From Diadema antillarum (lineage: Eukaryota), in assembly GCF_040938485.1 (NCBI RefSeq), contig NW_027271721.1, forward strand, positions 744,001 to 808,000: 64,000 nucleotides of DNA. Direction: 5' to 3'. The notes under the pieces are model-generated. The model searched no databases, was not told where the DNA came from, and saw nothing but the letters and a program-made list of their open reading frames with translations. Positions 36,801 through 49,394 of the stretch are shown here, one piece after another; positions within the stretch are counted from its first letter, which is position 1, and the number at the start of each line of letters is the position of its first letter. The position numbers were made by a program, and so were the translations under genes.

Positions 36801-39800
36801 TCAGCTTTTCTACTTTTAGTATCATAAAATGGAACATTTATTTGTCATGAACACATGATATATTTATGCATTCTTATTAAAAATTAACTACAAGTGCAAC
36901 TATGACTTACCTAGGGGGAAAAGGTCAGTCCCTTCTACCTCCTCATGCTGCAGTCGTTCCCGTAACCGATCAACGGCCGAAGAATCAAGCTTACGCGCGA
37001 AGAGGTCCCTGGGACGTTTTTGCTGGAGTTTTACAAATGCCTCCCGCGGTGACGGCGCACGCTGGGGAAGCTGTGGCCATGGGAGACTGGGAACACGCCC
37101 TTTCCCTGCCACAACAGGGTTTGGCTGGGGAAAGGTTTTCTGGTCGAGGTATGAAGCATTGTACTGTAATCCACCCTCCACTAGGCTGCCAGCTACGTTG
37201 GACGCAGCTTTGTCATCAGATTTCCCATGCCTCGAGGCTTTGGCAAGCATTTCTTTTTCTCGCTGCTGTCGTAACCGCTGCTTGTTTCTCTCAAGCTTCT
37301 CCTGCAGTCTCTCTTGCAGGGTACTTCCATCTTTCCTGCGCTTTGATTTTGTCCTGTTGGATTTCTCAACTGCATTGTTGCGAGATGGCAAGCCATCAAT
37401 GCTGGACAAGGTGTTGAGATATTCTGGTGGCATAGTATTTCTTTGCAACAAACCCAAGTCATTTGAATCTAAATTGCCCTTGAAGTTCAAAAGTCCATCT
37501 ACTGTGACAGGTTTATCTCCTTTGTTCTTGTGCTTCTCTTTCTTTTTCTTTTTCTTCTTTTTCTTCTTCTTTTCCTTTGATTTCTTTTTATGCTTGTCCA
37601 TGTCTTGGCTACTTCCCTTGCTGCTTGCCATGTCATTCCTGGAGTCCGGAGACTGATCGCCCTTACGCTTCTTTCCTCTCTTTGGTACCAGCCCCAAGAC
37701 CTGCATGTGGCTGTTACAAAACCTGTGTAGCACACAAAGAACAAGTTCATATGAGGTCACATCATAAATGAGCAAATGCTGGTGCATGTGTGGGAGAGCA
37801 ACAAGCAAAGCATGCTGGTTGGCAAAAGAGTAATATCGGTCATGTTTCAAATTAGGTAAATGTCTTGTTGGGCTTAGATTCAAAGCACTAGAAAAAAAAA
37901 AATCATTCTTTCATACATCGGATATGTCTCTATCTGTCCTGATGAACATTTCAATCTAGCCAGTCTGACTTGTTTTAATCTCTGTCTTCCATTTACACTG
38001 TATTTTCTGGTGTATAAGAAGCAAAAAAAAAAAAATTTTTTAGGTCCCCAATGTGAGAAAAAAAAAATTAGAGGTTGTAACTTTTATAACAGTCCATGCA
38101 AGTTTCTGAATCCTTTAAGATCTTTTCTATTTTTGCAGTTGAGTAATCGCTAATGTGAAATATGGTAGTCACTTTCTTTCTTGCTACTTTTCTACCAGCA
38201 CACGTCCCCAGTTCTACAGGGCTGCAGTGCCATTGAAGCAAAGGCTCTGATAGAGAGATCACTGGTGCACATTTGCTTGAAAAGCTCAATGTTAAAAGAG
38301 CAAAAATTCACTGAAATAAGAATATTGTATTCATATACATTGTAGTTTATTATTATCAATTTGACGGGCAAGAACTGTAAGTGAAGGTGGTGCCAAATGA
38401 ATATCGGATATTTACATGAAATGCACAGGTCTTAGACCGATTTCTCTTAAAATACCTGTGTATATGCTGCACCTCTTTTTCTGCATGTAATCCAATGGAA
38501 ACTGGTGCGGCTTATAATGTACATGTACATCAAGAAATATGTTAGCCAGAAAAATTCTTTACTTGGCCCTTGAAATCTGAACTTCCATATTTAAAACGCC
38601 TCAACTGAAATGACGACACATTGTTTCTGAATCATCACTTATAATTGTGCCTGCAATAATTACTTTCTAAGCTCATAGATGATTGCAAGAACATGGAAAC
38701 AATGAATATGACATTGATCCCGTAATAAACACATTGGGCTTGTATTAGTCTGCCGTGTGATATTATGTATAAAATTACAATTTCTGCACAGAAATGTTCT
38801 ACAGTAAAGCATTAACACAATATCCCATACGTCATAATTACAACAACAACAACAACAACAATGAAGGACATACTATTGCGCAGCTACTATAATAATATAA
38901 CTTATCGCAAGAAATAAGTACATGTTTAGAATTGTCTGGCTTCAGCCCTGGTTTGGACTGTCAAAGCTATGAAATTCTCTCATACAAAATTACAAACGCA
39001 AACAGAAAAACTGACCAGAATGAATATATTAATACACGTTTTCACATCAGCTCGATGAAAATCTATGCACGAGATTTTTTTTGCACTCGCAAATTAACGC
39101 GTCATTTCATTTCTGATTCACATCAGTCCAAAGAGAATTAGCCTGAAATTTTTTAGAGCTAATTCGATAGCTGAGCATGCGCAAACAGCGTCCATACAGC
39201 GTGCACCTTCAAAAATTACCTGAACAATCGCAATTTTGTGTGCAGGTTGCCTCGATCGATTGGGTCACACACGCTAAGCATGATGGCTGCATTGTGCTAA
39301 TGTCTTGAGGCAAATTCATATGATCAAATAGCTTGCTATTTCGTGATCGGGTCATGAAAATCCAAGCTCGAGATACTTAAAATAGCGCCCTATTTCAAAA
39401 CATCAGGCTGATGTGAAAATGCCTATTGGGGAGGGACAAGGAAGTTCAGGCTAATAAATGTGTGAGCTTTCATTGGAGTGCATCTGTACAATATTAACAA
39501 TAAAAGCACTCTGCATATTAATATTTGTATTTTTAAAGCCATCCCTAGCCAAGAATTTGAAAGAAAAAGGCAGCATTTGCAGAGTGACTGGTTAAGGGAA
39601 ATATTCCTCATTTGCACAACACTGATGGGATATCAAAGTACAATGAGCTCATGATCTAAAGAAGTGACTCATGTGGCAATTATTCTAAAACATTTCATTT
39701 GTGCGATCATGTGATGTTACTGTATGCATAACACAGAGCTCTTTCTGTTTCCAGGCTACCCAGCACATCCTTTTCATTTCATTTAATTCCATTCTTACCA

Positions 39801-41094
39801 ATTCAATTCACATCTGAATAACGTTCAAAGCTTTACCTGCTGAGCTCTGCTGGATTACTTAGCAGCCAGGAGAGAAATTACACTGGTGACTTTTGAATGA
39901 TACTTTCATGCTGTGACACATTAATGAAACGAGTTGCCATTCAAGTAGAGAATGGTACCAATTTGTACAGACACATATTCTATCGCCCTAACGACAATCC
40001 CTGCCATATTTCATAAGAATCTGACCATGCATTTTCAAAAAACAAAATGAAAATGTGAGAACTGGCCCTAATTTGGTACCCCCTCCCCCCCCCCCCCCCC
40101 GAACAAACTGCAACCTAGTCACCCATCTAACTTACTCATAGGACTAACCTAGTCTATCACTTATAATGGTTTGTATTGTGTATTGTGCTCCAGGTGGGGA
40201 ATAGTGCCCATTTGTACAAATACATGCATACATTCTATAGGTGTATATGATACAGTGTAGGTGCAGGTGTTGAACAGCTTTTTGTTTTGGTTTGTAAACA
40301 AAAATTCCCCAATTCTCATTTTCTCTAGAGCAAAAAAATTCTTTAGACTTTCTTGGTGTACAATAAAATATGTTTTTCTATACCTCTGCAGGATAAGTTC
40401 TCTCTGTTCCAGAATATTTGACAAAACTGAAAGCAAGTGTAATTTTGTGTACAAAACAAATGGAGAGCTGCTCAAGACATACATGTAGACCACACAGTCC
40501 CCAATTTGTCTTACTCTCTAAACTATTTCAATTCAGAACTTTTTTCATGTGTCTGAATATTTCCCCAAATTTTTGGCGATTTGCTTCTCTGATTTTGCTG
40601 TGTAATACAAAACAAAATATCAAGATAAAATTTCAGTTGATGTCAATCAATTTTATCTGAAAAGTGATTTTTATATCACAGCTACATAATTACAGTACAT
40701 ACACATGTAGTGCTACTCTGAATAAATGAAATTGTAATGTTTTAACTGAATTCATGGACACACAAAATATTTGAATGTGCCATTGAAGACCACCATCAAT
40801 GGTGATGGCTTGAAGGCATAATCTTTAATGTTTCACATTGGTTTGCATTATAAATGTTCAATTAATGGATACGTACTTTCTGTTCTCTTCACCAGGAATG
40901 GGGTTGGTGCAGCGCAGCCTATTGTATTTTGCCACAAATTCGCACTGCTTGAACGGCGCTGAGCTGTCTTCCAGGACATGGCGAATGCAGAAGGCATAGC
41001 CGTTGAGGCGACGCTGCTTGCACAACTTGGCACTGTACGAACATAGCGGCTTGTTGTCAACTTCAGAGAAGTGAATATGCTTGCCTTCGTACAT
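26344..41094 (-). CDS. INO80D: INO80 complex subunit D, 9 coding exons: 41094-40877, 37722-36911, 35018-34928, 34381-34148, 33669-33566, 33061-32928, 29653-29527, 28830-28579, 27479-26344 (3108 nt, 1035 aa)
   Basis: The N-terminus MYEGKHIHFSEVDNKPLCSYSAKLCKQRRLNGYAFCIRHVLED closely matches the vertebrate INO80D start as I recall it. A second C3Hc3H finger (CQEESMPYSKHCFRHILED...CLEHAK), the basic RPRKKTKPSALT motif and FFEGKNGGFLPTKEEAEALERAL follow in order. Exon lengths sum to a multiple of 3 and all phases match. Confidence 0.93.
30752..30821 (+). repeat. (TTA)n(TCA)n compound microsatellite abutting the DIRS left ITR
   Basis: Direct reading. Confidence 0.9.
30822..32632 (+). mobile_element. 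Internally deleted, decayed DIRS1-like (tyrosine-recombinase class) retrotransposon in INO80D intron 6
   Basis: About 120-bp inverted terminal repeats (30822-30944 and 32508-32632) enclose gag-like fragments (..RRREDLKGGISPRYRELC..TLFGSDLSATMRKVSEA). QVGGR and RT-start motifs LKGIVIQE..SSIFVIPKKSGDLRPV and GDWVISD follow, with stops and frameshifts. No RNase H or recombinase remains. Confidence 0.75.
33062..33565 (-). other. U12-type (minor spliceosome) GT-AG intron of INO80D, 504 nt
   Basis: The 5' splice site is GTATCCTTT (33565-33557) and the branch site is TTTCCTTGAC (33084-33075), with the branch A about 14 nt from the 3' end. There is no polypyrimidine tract, and the frame continues C|AC (His). 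Confidence 0.9.
34549..34650 (+). repeat. 34-bp unit repeated 3 times in tandem
   Basis: CCCTACATAAGAAAGAAAGTCTAATCCAGGTTAA x3, identical except for the last base. Confidence 0.9.
35084..35608 (+). mobile_element. pogo/Tigger-like MITE, copy 1 (INO80D intron 2)
   Basis: TA-flanked TIR CAGTATTTTCTGGTGTATAAGCTGCACC / GGTGCAGCTTATATACCAGCAAATAGGG. The interior is homologous to 37998-38544. Confidence 0.75.
37998..38544 (+). mobile_element. pogo/Tigger-like MITE, copy 2 (INO80D intron 1)
   Basis: It starts CTGTATTTTCTGGTGTATAAG and shares long blocks with copy 1 (CTTTTCTACCAGCAC, GGGCTGCAGTGCCATTGAAGCA). The right TIR GGTGCGGCTTATA.. is degraded. Confidence 0.7.
39032..39427. mobile_element. 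Putative MITE with imperfect TIRs
   Basis: TTTTCACATCAGCTCGATG (about 39039) pairs with CATCAGGCTGATGTGAAAA (39401-39419). No clear target duplication. Confidence 0.45.
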
Positions 41095-44000
41095 CACGTG
41101 AGTGCCAACATTGGCTGCAAGCAAAAGAGAATAAAAATGAAAGGAAATATGAATGTTATTCACATTATGTATAGAGGCATTACCATGTCGTTCTTGCCCT
41201 GCACAGAAAAACAGGTCAATTTAAATAAAATTTGAACTGCTGTTAAAGTGCTGGTAGCTTAGGGATACCATGGAGTAGGAAGGCTGGTCCAGCTTTTTTC
41301 TGGAAGAATCCCCGCAACAAACTGTGCATAGCTTTATCACTGATCTTTCTGCTGACTGGAGTCAACTGCTACCAGTGAGCATATACTTTGATGCACATAT
41401 CCGCTGACTGATAGTATTCATGGTTTTCTAATATACACATGTACCTACACGTACATGTAAGTGGACAGCAAATGAATACGGCTAACCATGAATCACATGC
41501 TACTAGGTCTTTAACTCCTCCAATGTCAAAGCACAGAAACGTCAAATAGTGGACTCCTTCCCATTGCATTCACACTTGTCTCTAAGTCCAAGGAAAGATC
41601 TCATCAGATCTCTAGAAATATCTGCCAAATATGTCTCTCTCACCCCCTAATAAAATGAGGACTGTTCACACATGACTGGTTTAAAGGACATCATAAGCTA
41701 TCACATGTATATTAAAGCCTACAACAGGCTCCAAACAAATTGCCAGTGAAAGTACCCAAGTTTAGTCATCTTACTCAAGAACATGCACACATACAGTAAA
41801 TATTGATTGTACACAGCAAGTGTCTCTCAGTCCCCAATACAAACAAGTTTGGTGGGGACAGGGGCATGTAACTTTCTCCTCCAGCATTCACATAAAAAAA
41901 TTGAAAGAGAAACCCCCTCACATTGTACATTGTACGACATGTAAACTGTATCTCCTATACAATCGTACCATTTGTTGTGTGAACACATGAGCTACAGTAT
42001 ACGACATAAATTTGCAATGTACTGTTAAACCAAAAATTTTCAAATGCATGAAACTTTCATGAATTTCGTGGGCAGCAAAGATTAGCAAAAGTTTTTGTCT
42101 ACACCCAATGCACTGAATGCCAATAATACGATGCTATACACCATGCAAGTACTGATCAGGTACATACTGTAAGTTGACTTGTACCACTGACTTTGCAGCA
42201 CAGCTTTTAAATGACACAATTAGCAGTACACATTCAGTGTTATTGTGTGTGTTTATGAAAATACTTTTGGTAATTCACCTTAAATAATATTACATGTACA
42301 CCTGTACGTTGTACATTGTATATTCTCTTGTAATTTTGCTAATCCAGCGATTAGACGGTGACAAAGATTATGCAATAAACATTGCATGTGACAAAAGACT
42401 AGTGGGCTTATAGTCAGCACAGAAAGTAGTCCATGTACAAACTGTATCTATTACGGTATGACTTCTTTCAATATGCTGTTTGCACAATTTTCCCGAGGGA
42501 AACTCAGGATTTGCCCGAGACTGAGAGTGCAGAGGCCCCTGAAAAGGTTCACAGTGTGAAAGAATAAGTCAGTTTTGTAATTAGCTCACATGCACATTGG
42601 TACGATTGACCTCCCTTTTTTTTTCTTGGTTGGTTAGGCACTTCCCTTGGTGAAATACTGCATAAGCCTGCCTGACATACAATTTATGGAATTCATATTC
42701 AAAACAAAGAATAAACGTGTGTAGACCAGTTGACCAGGACGGTCCATCAACTTGGGGATGCATCCACTTCTTTGTTTTGCATTACATGCTTTAACAAACT
42801 TTTTTTTTGGTTTGCGATATAACTGTTTAATCAATGGATATACAATTGTATGTACTGTCTGTTCTCTCCACCAGGAATAGGATTGGTGCAGCACCAGGTG
42901 GATGCACTGGCAAGCACCATTTACACGAATAGCACAAATTTATAATCACTGCATCACAGATGCTTTTCTCAGTGTTGTACAAATGACCTTTTTCTGCTCA
43001 TGCGCAAAGTGGAACTACAAACTGGCTTTTCATGAAGCACTACATGTAGCCCCAATGGATGCCTTCTATGTAGCACCAGTCAAAATAAATGTAGAAATGC
43101 TCAGGGCATTCTGACTAATAAATTCATGCAAATTTTTTTTTCTCATGACATCAATGCTTCACTACGATAAATCTCGGGCTTTATTCTCTTCTCATCTTTT
43201 CTACAAAACTCTATTGAAACGACATCATATAACAATGTCCATAGATTTCACATCATAAAGTGCATTATTTCTTCCATGTTAAACTTCTATTTGGAGCATT
43301 GTACAATCTCATATGAATGTCCAATACAGTCTCAAACAACATGAACATGTACTCAGCTAGAGCTTTTTTGTACTGTCTCATGTTGCTGAAATTGAACACA
43401 AAGACATTTTGAAACAGAATTAAGACAACAATTTGCAAATATAGGCCCCATCAAGGGGAAAAGGTCATGGTTGAAAAGCAACAAGTAAACATGGAAGATT
43501 TGTACAATTTTATTAAACTTTGATCTTCCAGTTGCAAACAGTACATACAGTAGTATGTTAAAGTAAATAAGGACATCACATAAACTGAACTGCACATCAA
43601 CAAGGTAAAGAGAGCTGGGTTCCACAGGTGTGTCTGACTAGTTTCCAATTTTATAAAAACATTTTATAAAACTCATACTTTGTGGAACTCAAGATTGTGC
43701 CAACCCTGATCCACTCATATCTGCTGACCCTATGCATTAACTGTCATGTTTATAAGAATGTATAAAAGGCAAGTAAACAACATCAATAATTTTGTAAATC
43801 TCATGACAACCATGTTGAAAATGTACAGCGTAATTATCATTACTACTGCAAAAAAAAATGGAAAAAAAAAGTTCATGTAATGTGGGTTTTTGTTTTGTTT
43901 TTGTTTTGATTTCTTTTAATATATTCCCGAAAATATGGCTATAAATGCAAGATGAGCAAAGGACGTGCCTCAATAACACACTCACTGCAAACTCGTTTCA

Positions 44001-44277
44001 CAAGTGTTATTGCTTTGTAGCTTGAGAAGGGAAAACCCCATATCAACATCATACAAAATGTACAATGTATACTGTTGGTAAGAAATCGTGGGTGGAATAT
44101 AAGAATGTAACTCTTATATATTATCCATTTACACTTGTACAATGGCTGCATTTAAGGGAATGCGATATCACCATGAAAAATGAACAGCACAAGGATAAGG
44201 TTTGCATAAAATTATTCCAGGTACTAAATACAATGCAAAAGCAACATATACTGTATAGCATACCTTTCTCCCTTTTA

Positions 44278-44455
44278 CAGACCTCCCAACCTTTCTGACC
44301 GAAAAATAGGGATGATTTGGCTCAAAAGTAGAAAAGAAAGCGCAGTTCCACTAGGAGCGTGTAGTAAAATCATCAAGAAAAATCTAGGAAACTCTTTTGA
44401 AACAATGGTCAAAATTCAGATTTTTTCCTCGAAATTCAGAATGGTTGGAAGTCTG
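44278..44455. mobile_element. Putative hAT-like mini element
   Basis: CAGACCTCCCAACC / GGTTGGAAGTCTG terminal inverted repeat, but an 8-bp target duplication is not convincing. Confidence 0.35.
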
Positions 44456-45286
44456 CATTTTCCAGGAACAAAAGGATCAAGAAAAAAAAAATACAACTAA
44501 AAAAGCTGTCTCAGCAATCAATTTAAAATTCAAAAAAAAAATTAGTGGGAAAAAAATTAGTGAAAAAAAAATATTTGAGCAAAATTGGCTACAAGAGGTA
44601 CAATGTAAAAATTATGACTGCTTGCACGAATGTAATGACAAACATGATCACATACAATCTATGTACTGCAGCTTACAGGAAAATAGATAAAGAAAAAAAA
44701 TAACATAACAAAACAAAAGACTGCTTCTATGAAAAAAGGCACACATTCTCTAATTGTACATGTGTATTAGTACATGTATATCTTTCTTTTTTTATTCACA
44801 CAAAAGGGCTTTGACCCCCGTCTCAGTAAATATGCTTTAAAACATTACATTTTACAAACAAAATGCTCCTTTCACAAAATTTCAGTGTTATTCTAAGCAA
44901 AGACTAAACATTCACTGTTTACCAATTTTGATCACAGTCATGTGACTATAGCTACATATTGTACATGCGTACATTAATGGCTGCCAAACTCTAAAGCAAA
45001 GCAAAACAACCCCACACAAAAAAAATAAATGAATATTTTTTTAAAAGAGATAAAGGCAACATGTACATTTGTATCCTGTTGGACATTTTAGTCATTTGTT
45101 TTGTAATGTGCCACACATTTTCTCTAAACTTTCTTAACAAACCACCTTGATTTGATTCAAAATGAATTTCTTATTGAAGACAAATTCTCTTTTCCATTTG
45201 AACCCCAAATCACTCATTCTGATACCAGTGTACAGTTGGAGACAGCACAAGTGTACATTGGATGGCCAATTCTGCCACACAGTATA

Positions 45287-45508
45287 CTGCAAAACAAGAA
45301 ATTTTCATGTGCATTTTAATCATCATGAATTTCATGAGAGCAAAGATTTGCGAAATTAGAATGTAAGAGAAAGGTCTTGTCTACAGTACTCTACACTATA
45401 ATGCAGTGGATGCCAACTGGTGGCAATTTGCAAAATTTCATGCCACCAAAAAGGCCATCGCCTCCGATTCGCAAAAGCTTCATGCCGTGATTATTTCTTG
45501 CTTTACAG
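45287..45508 (+). mobile_element. Diverged copy of the 213-bp MITE family (further decayed copies near 42020-42100 and, inverted, 61545-61650)
   Basis: TA CTGCAAAAC ... CTTTACAG TA termini, colinear with 52582-52794 (AAGATTTGCGAAATT, AAAAAGGCC, TTCATGCCGTGA). Confidence 0.7.
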
Positions 45509-47492
45509 TATTCAACATTCATGCAAAGCATAGTTTGCAGCTTGTCTTATGACTCTTAAATATGAGAGATCAGTGTATCCTGCATGCAACTGTCACTGCA
45601 TTACGCTGTACTCTTTACAATAGGAAACAAAAGAGCCAGTAGAGTATGATGCACTCCTACAAACTTTGGGCAGAGTTCCTGAAAAGATCCCACACCAGAT
45701 GAAATTTGACACCTCAGATCACACAAATTCCAAAGTGATTATCAAAAACACGATGTATCATTCGAAGTCATGGAAGGGGGACGCATTTATCGCAGCATCT
45801 GCCTAAATGGCACGAAATGCACCCTCTGGTGTACAATGCCACTAGTTCTCAAGGGATCAAGATGGCATTTCAAAGAATCTTTTCCCCATCCCAACTTGAG
45901 TATCATCGTTCCTCAGAGGGCATCTATTGGGTTTTAAAATGGAAGCGGGAAATTTTTTATATGATGTCTAAACCTACATATCTGAGTATTGTACATATAT
46001 CATACATTGTATTCGCACATGAATTTGCTATGTTCATTCAAAATGTGTAAATTTACACTTGTACAGGTAATTACATCATGTAGTGTACAATACACACATT
46101 GTACAAAACTGTAGATTCTTACCAATCTGCATTGATATTGTTACAAACTGTGCAAACTAAACAAAGCCATTTCATAGGAGGCCACACATTGTACAATATC
46201 GGTAAAATACCGTGTAGATCTCTTATCACAAGAACAAACTACAATCTGCATACACCATCTCATGCAAAGATTCATAACACTGACTATTGCAATTTTACAG
46301 TAGTTTGGTGGGTTTGTCTGTGTCTGCCTGTTTATATTTTTGATTCCTTGACTATTATAATATAGTCTTTCTTGACTAAAGCTCCCCAATATTTGTTTTC
46401 TTTTCTGTGCTAAGGGAACATACAATTGCAATCATTTCCTATGGGTGAAAACACTTGATGAACAGGTTACTTTGTCAACAAGGAATGGAAGTGCAACATA
46501 TTTTATTTCCAACTAAAACTACCAAAGTACAATGTATGTTGTAGATGTAATACACTACCCATGATTTATCTTCCTGGAAAGTAACATGTATACTGTAAGC
46601 AACAGGCACATTGATATTCATATTTACTTCCTATATGCATATATCCTCACAACTAAAGCAGTGATTGGATTGAAGATCTCTAGATAATTTACTACAAATT
46701 AGTCCTGCAAGTGGCATAACAGTTTCTGAGAGTTTGGCTGTGTTTAATCCTGCATAGAGTACATTGTAGACAGCTTGTATCCTCTGAGTTTGATATATGT
46801 TTTAGGATGTGTATTACAACCTACAGAGAGTTCATCAAGGTTTTGATAAATAGTGAAAACTAGATAAATTTGACTGCAGAGCAGAGTCAACTGAGATGCT
46901 TCTGCCTTCTCAAGCAATTATACAATATGTTTTGCCACATTTGGATAGAGTTCATTGACCTAAATGACCACTAACATTGGAAATTAACATTTAACCCTTG
47001 TTGAACAGTGGAGATATTTCCAAGTTCTATCCATCACAACAAATAACATTATCAGTGAACTTCCCTCGATAAAATTAAGATCTGAAATCAAGATACACAA
47101 TATCTTTAAAAAGTGTTGACAAAATGTTCAATGTATACATGTAGTCCATGCTTACAGTGGGAACACGTTCAGACTTTGGGAAATTCACAAGCATATTTTA
47201 TAACTTGTTTGCTGCAAAGCAAATGAGAAATATAAACAGTGTAACAATGTAGCAAAAATCACCAAGAAAGCTTTTTTTTTTGAATGGCCTACAGGATGCC
47301 ACGATAGATAAACTACAAGTGTACATGTAGGCTACATGTGGAAATTTGTCCAATTTTGTTCATTCTTTTACTGTTCTGCCCTTTGATGTGACTGCTTTTG
47401 TTCCAACTTCATGTGGCTCCATTGAAGCTGCTTGGACAAAGTTTCAAAGTAATTGGTGAACCAATTCAGTCTTGTATTCATGCTTGTATTAA

Positions 47493-47577
47493 CCCATTGA
47501 GGACGGTTTGATTTTGCTACAAAACGCATTTCCCATAGACGCTCGCCTGAGTATACTCGGGACTCGTCCTCAATGGG
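47493..47577 (+). mobile_element. 85-bp piggyBac-like mini-MITE, copy 1
   Basis: TTAA CCCATTGAGGACG ... CGTCCTCAATGGG TTAA: a perfect 13-bp TIR with a TTAA duplication. Confidence 0.8.
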
Positions 47578-49394
47578 TTAAGTTATAGTAACTGACACAG
47601 TGATTTAAGGGAACATTGTACAATGGCTTCCACTTTACAGTGAGGTATTTGCTAAATATTATCAGTTTGGTAAATTTTACTTTAATACATGATATGGTTG
47701 ATAAGCAGGTAACCCAATGGGTACATGTCTGTAACATATAATGTAACATAACCAATTTTAGTAAAGGAAAGCAGATAACATGTGTACATGTTCAGTTGTA
47801 CTGTATGCTACCTCCTACAAATCATGACACTGCTGGTCATGATTGGCAGAGCCACACAACATTGGTTGTTACTTTCACTATATGAAAAAGGCTTTATGGA
47901 AAGGATGGCTTCTTCATGATTCAAGCACTCACACACTACACATTGATCAAGAACATATCACAATTATGCAATACACATAGAAACCAGTTAGAAATAAATA
48001 AACTCTCCATGAATATATTTACATCTGGCTATCAAATGGTCTTCATGTACATGTCCTGTACAATTGTGCTGTATATATGGTTTGGCAATCTCTGATATTG
48101 CAACTTAGGTTCACACATTTTTATTCAGTTACCAACTTGTAAATAAAATGTTCTATGAAATGAAGCACAGCTAGGTCAATGCTGTGGCTGACTCGCTGAC
48201 TAGAATAGGGGATTAAGTTGTAGAGAGGTACCGAGTGGTAGTGGTATAGTTTTTTCCAGTAAACAATTGTTCATCCTTGTATTGTTGCACCAACAGAAAC
48301 AAAAACTACTATTTATCCACTGCTAGATTACTGATCTACAGAATTCAGCCTATCACTTAACAAGGATGCATACGTGTGATGTAGTTTAGCATCATCTAGC
48401 CTGACCAGACACTGTGAAAAACACAGTACACTTACTTGTCTACAGCGACAGGGCTGTGTATAGGCAGTTAAGCATCATCGTGTAATATTCCAATTACCAA
48501 GACCACTTTACTCAGTTGCAAGATGTAATAGGGTTATTAAAATCAGGCTTGATAATTCCTGTTCCAAACATAAGAACAGTTTTTAATGGTATACTATTAC
48601 TAAAAAGATATCAATTTAGACAGTAGGAGAACACCATTGTACAGGTTGGAATAGGACATTCAACACAATTCAATTAGAATAATCATTCAAAATATAACAA
48701 CACATGACAATGAGGCAACTTGTTAACACCACCACAACACCATCAGTTATAAATTGGGACAGTTCACATTCAAGATACACTATTATACTATCATCCGACT
48801 TCACTTTCAGCATGATCTTTGACAAGAAAACTACAAAATAGCATAGTTTTTTACGCGTTTCATCACTTATGTCATATGGATCAGGAAGTTCACACTGTCA
48901 ACCCATCAACTGATCTGAACGCACATAAAACAAAGACCTAAACATTTTAAATCTTGTCACACAACTTGCCAGAAGTGGCCATATCGGTGCACCCATCATG
49001 ATCAAGTAAGGTTAGTCTCAGTCACGATTACGCAAACTCGCTCTACCTACTCATCACGCCGCGCCCTGCACCGCACAGCGGATTCAGGACTCGCAGCACT
49101 CTTGCGAAGGGACCACGCCCTGTAATATTACGAATTTCTCACAAATTCACGCGTTCCAACACACATGAGATAGGAAAATGTGTACTTTAGTAGTGTTACA
49201 TCAAAGACACAGCAAAAAAATTCAGTATAAGCCATTACGTAACAAGAAAAATAACCATAAATACGAGATTAAAAATTAGACTGGAACATTTCCCTATTTT
49301 CTACAATTCACGTAATCAATCTAACGTTTCATTTCCCTCTAATAAATTCTTAGAATAATTCTATAGTGTTAGTTTAGTCTATGAATTCACTTAC

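Noticed and set aside
36902-37656. Long plus-strand ORFs (171 aa and 165 aa)
   Set aside because: They are antisense shadows of INO80D exon 2, with no recognisable motifs or independent splice context.
40864-40872. U12-like GTATCCATT four bases downstream of the INO80D exon 1 donor
   Set aside because: Using it shifts the frame into an immediate stop in exon 2, and the acceptor lacks a U12 branch site; the GTACGT donor restores the conserved KFCNSH.
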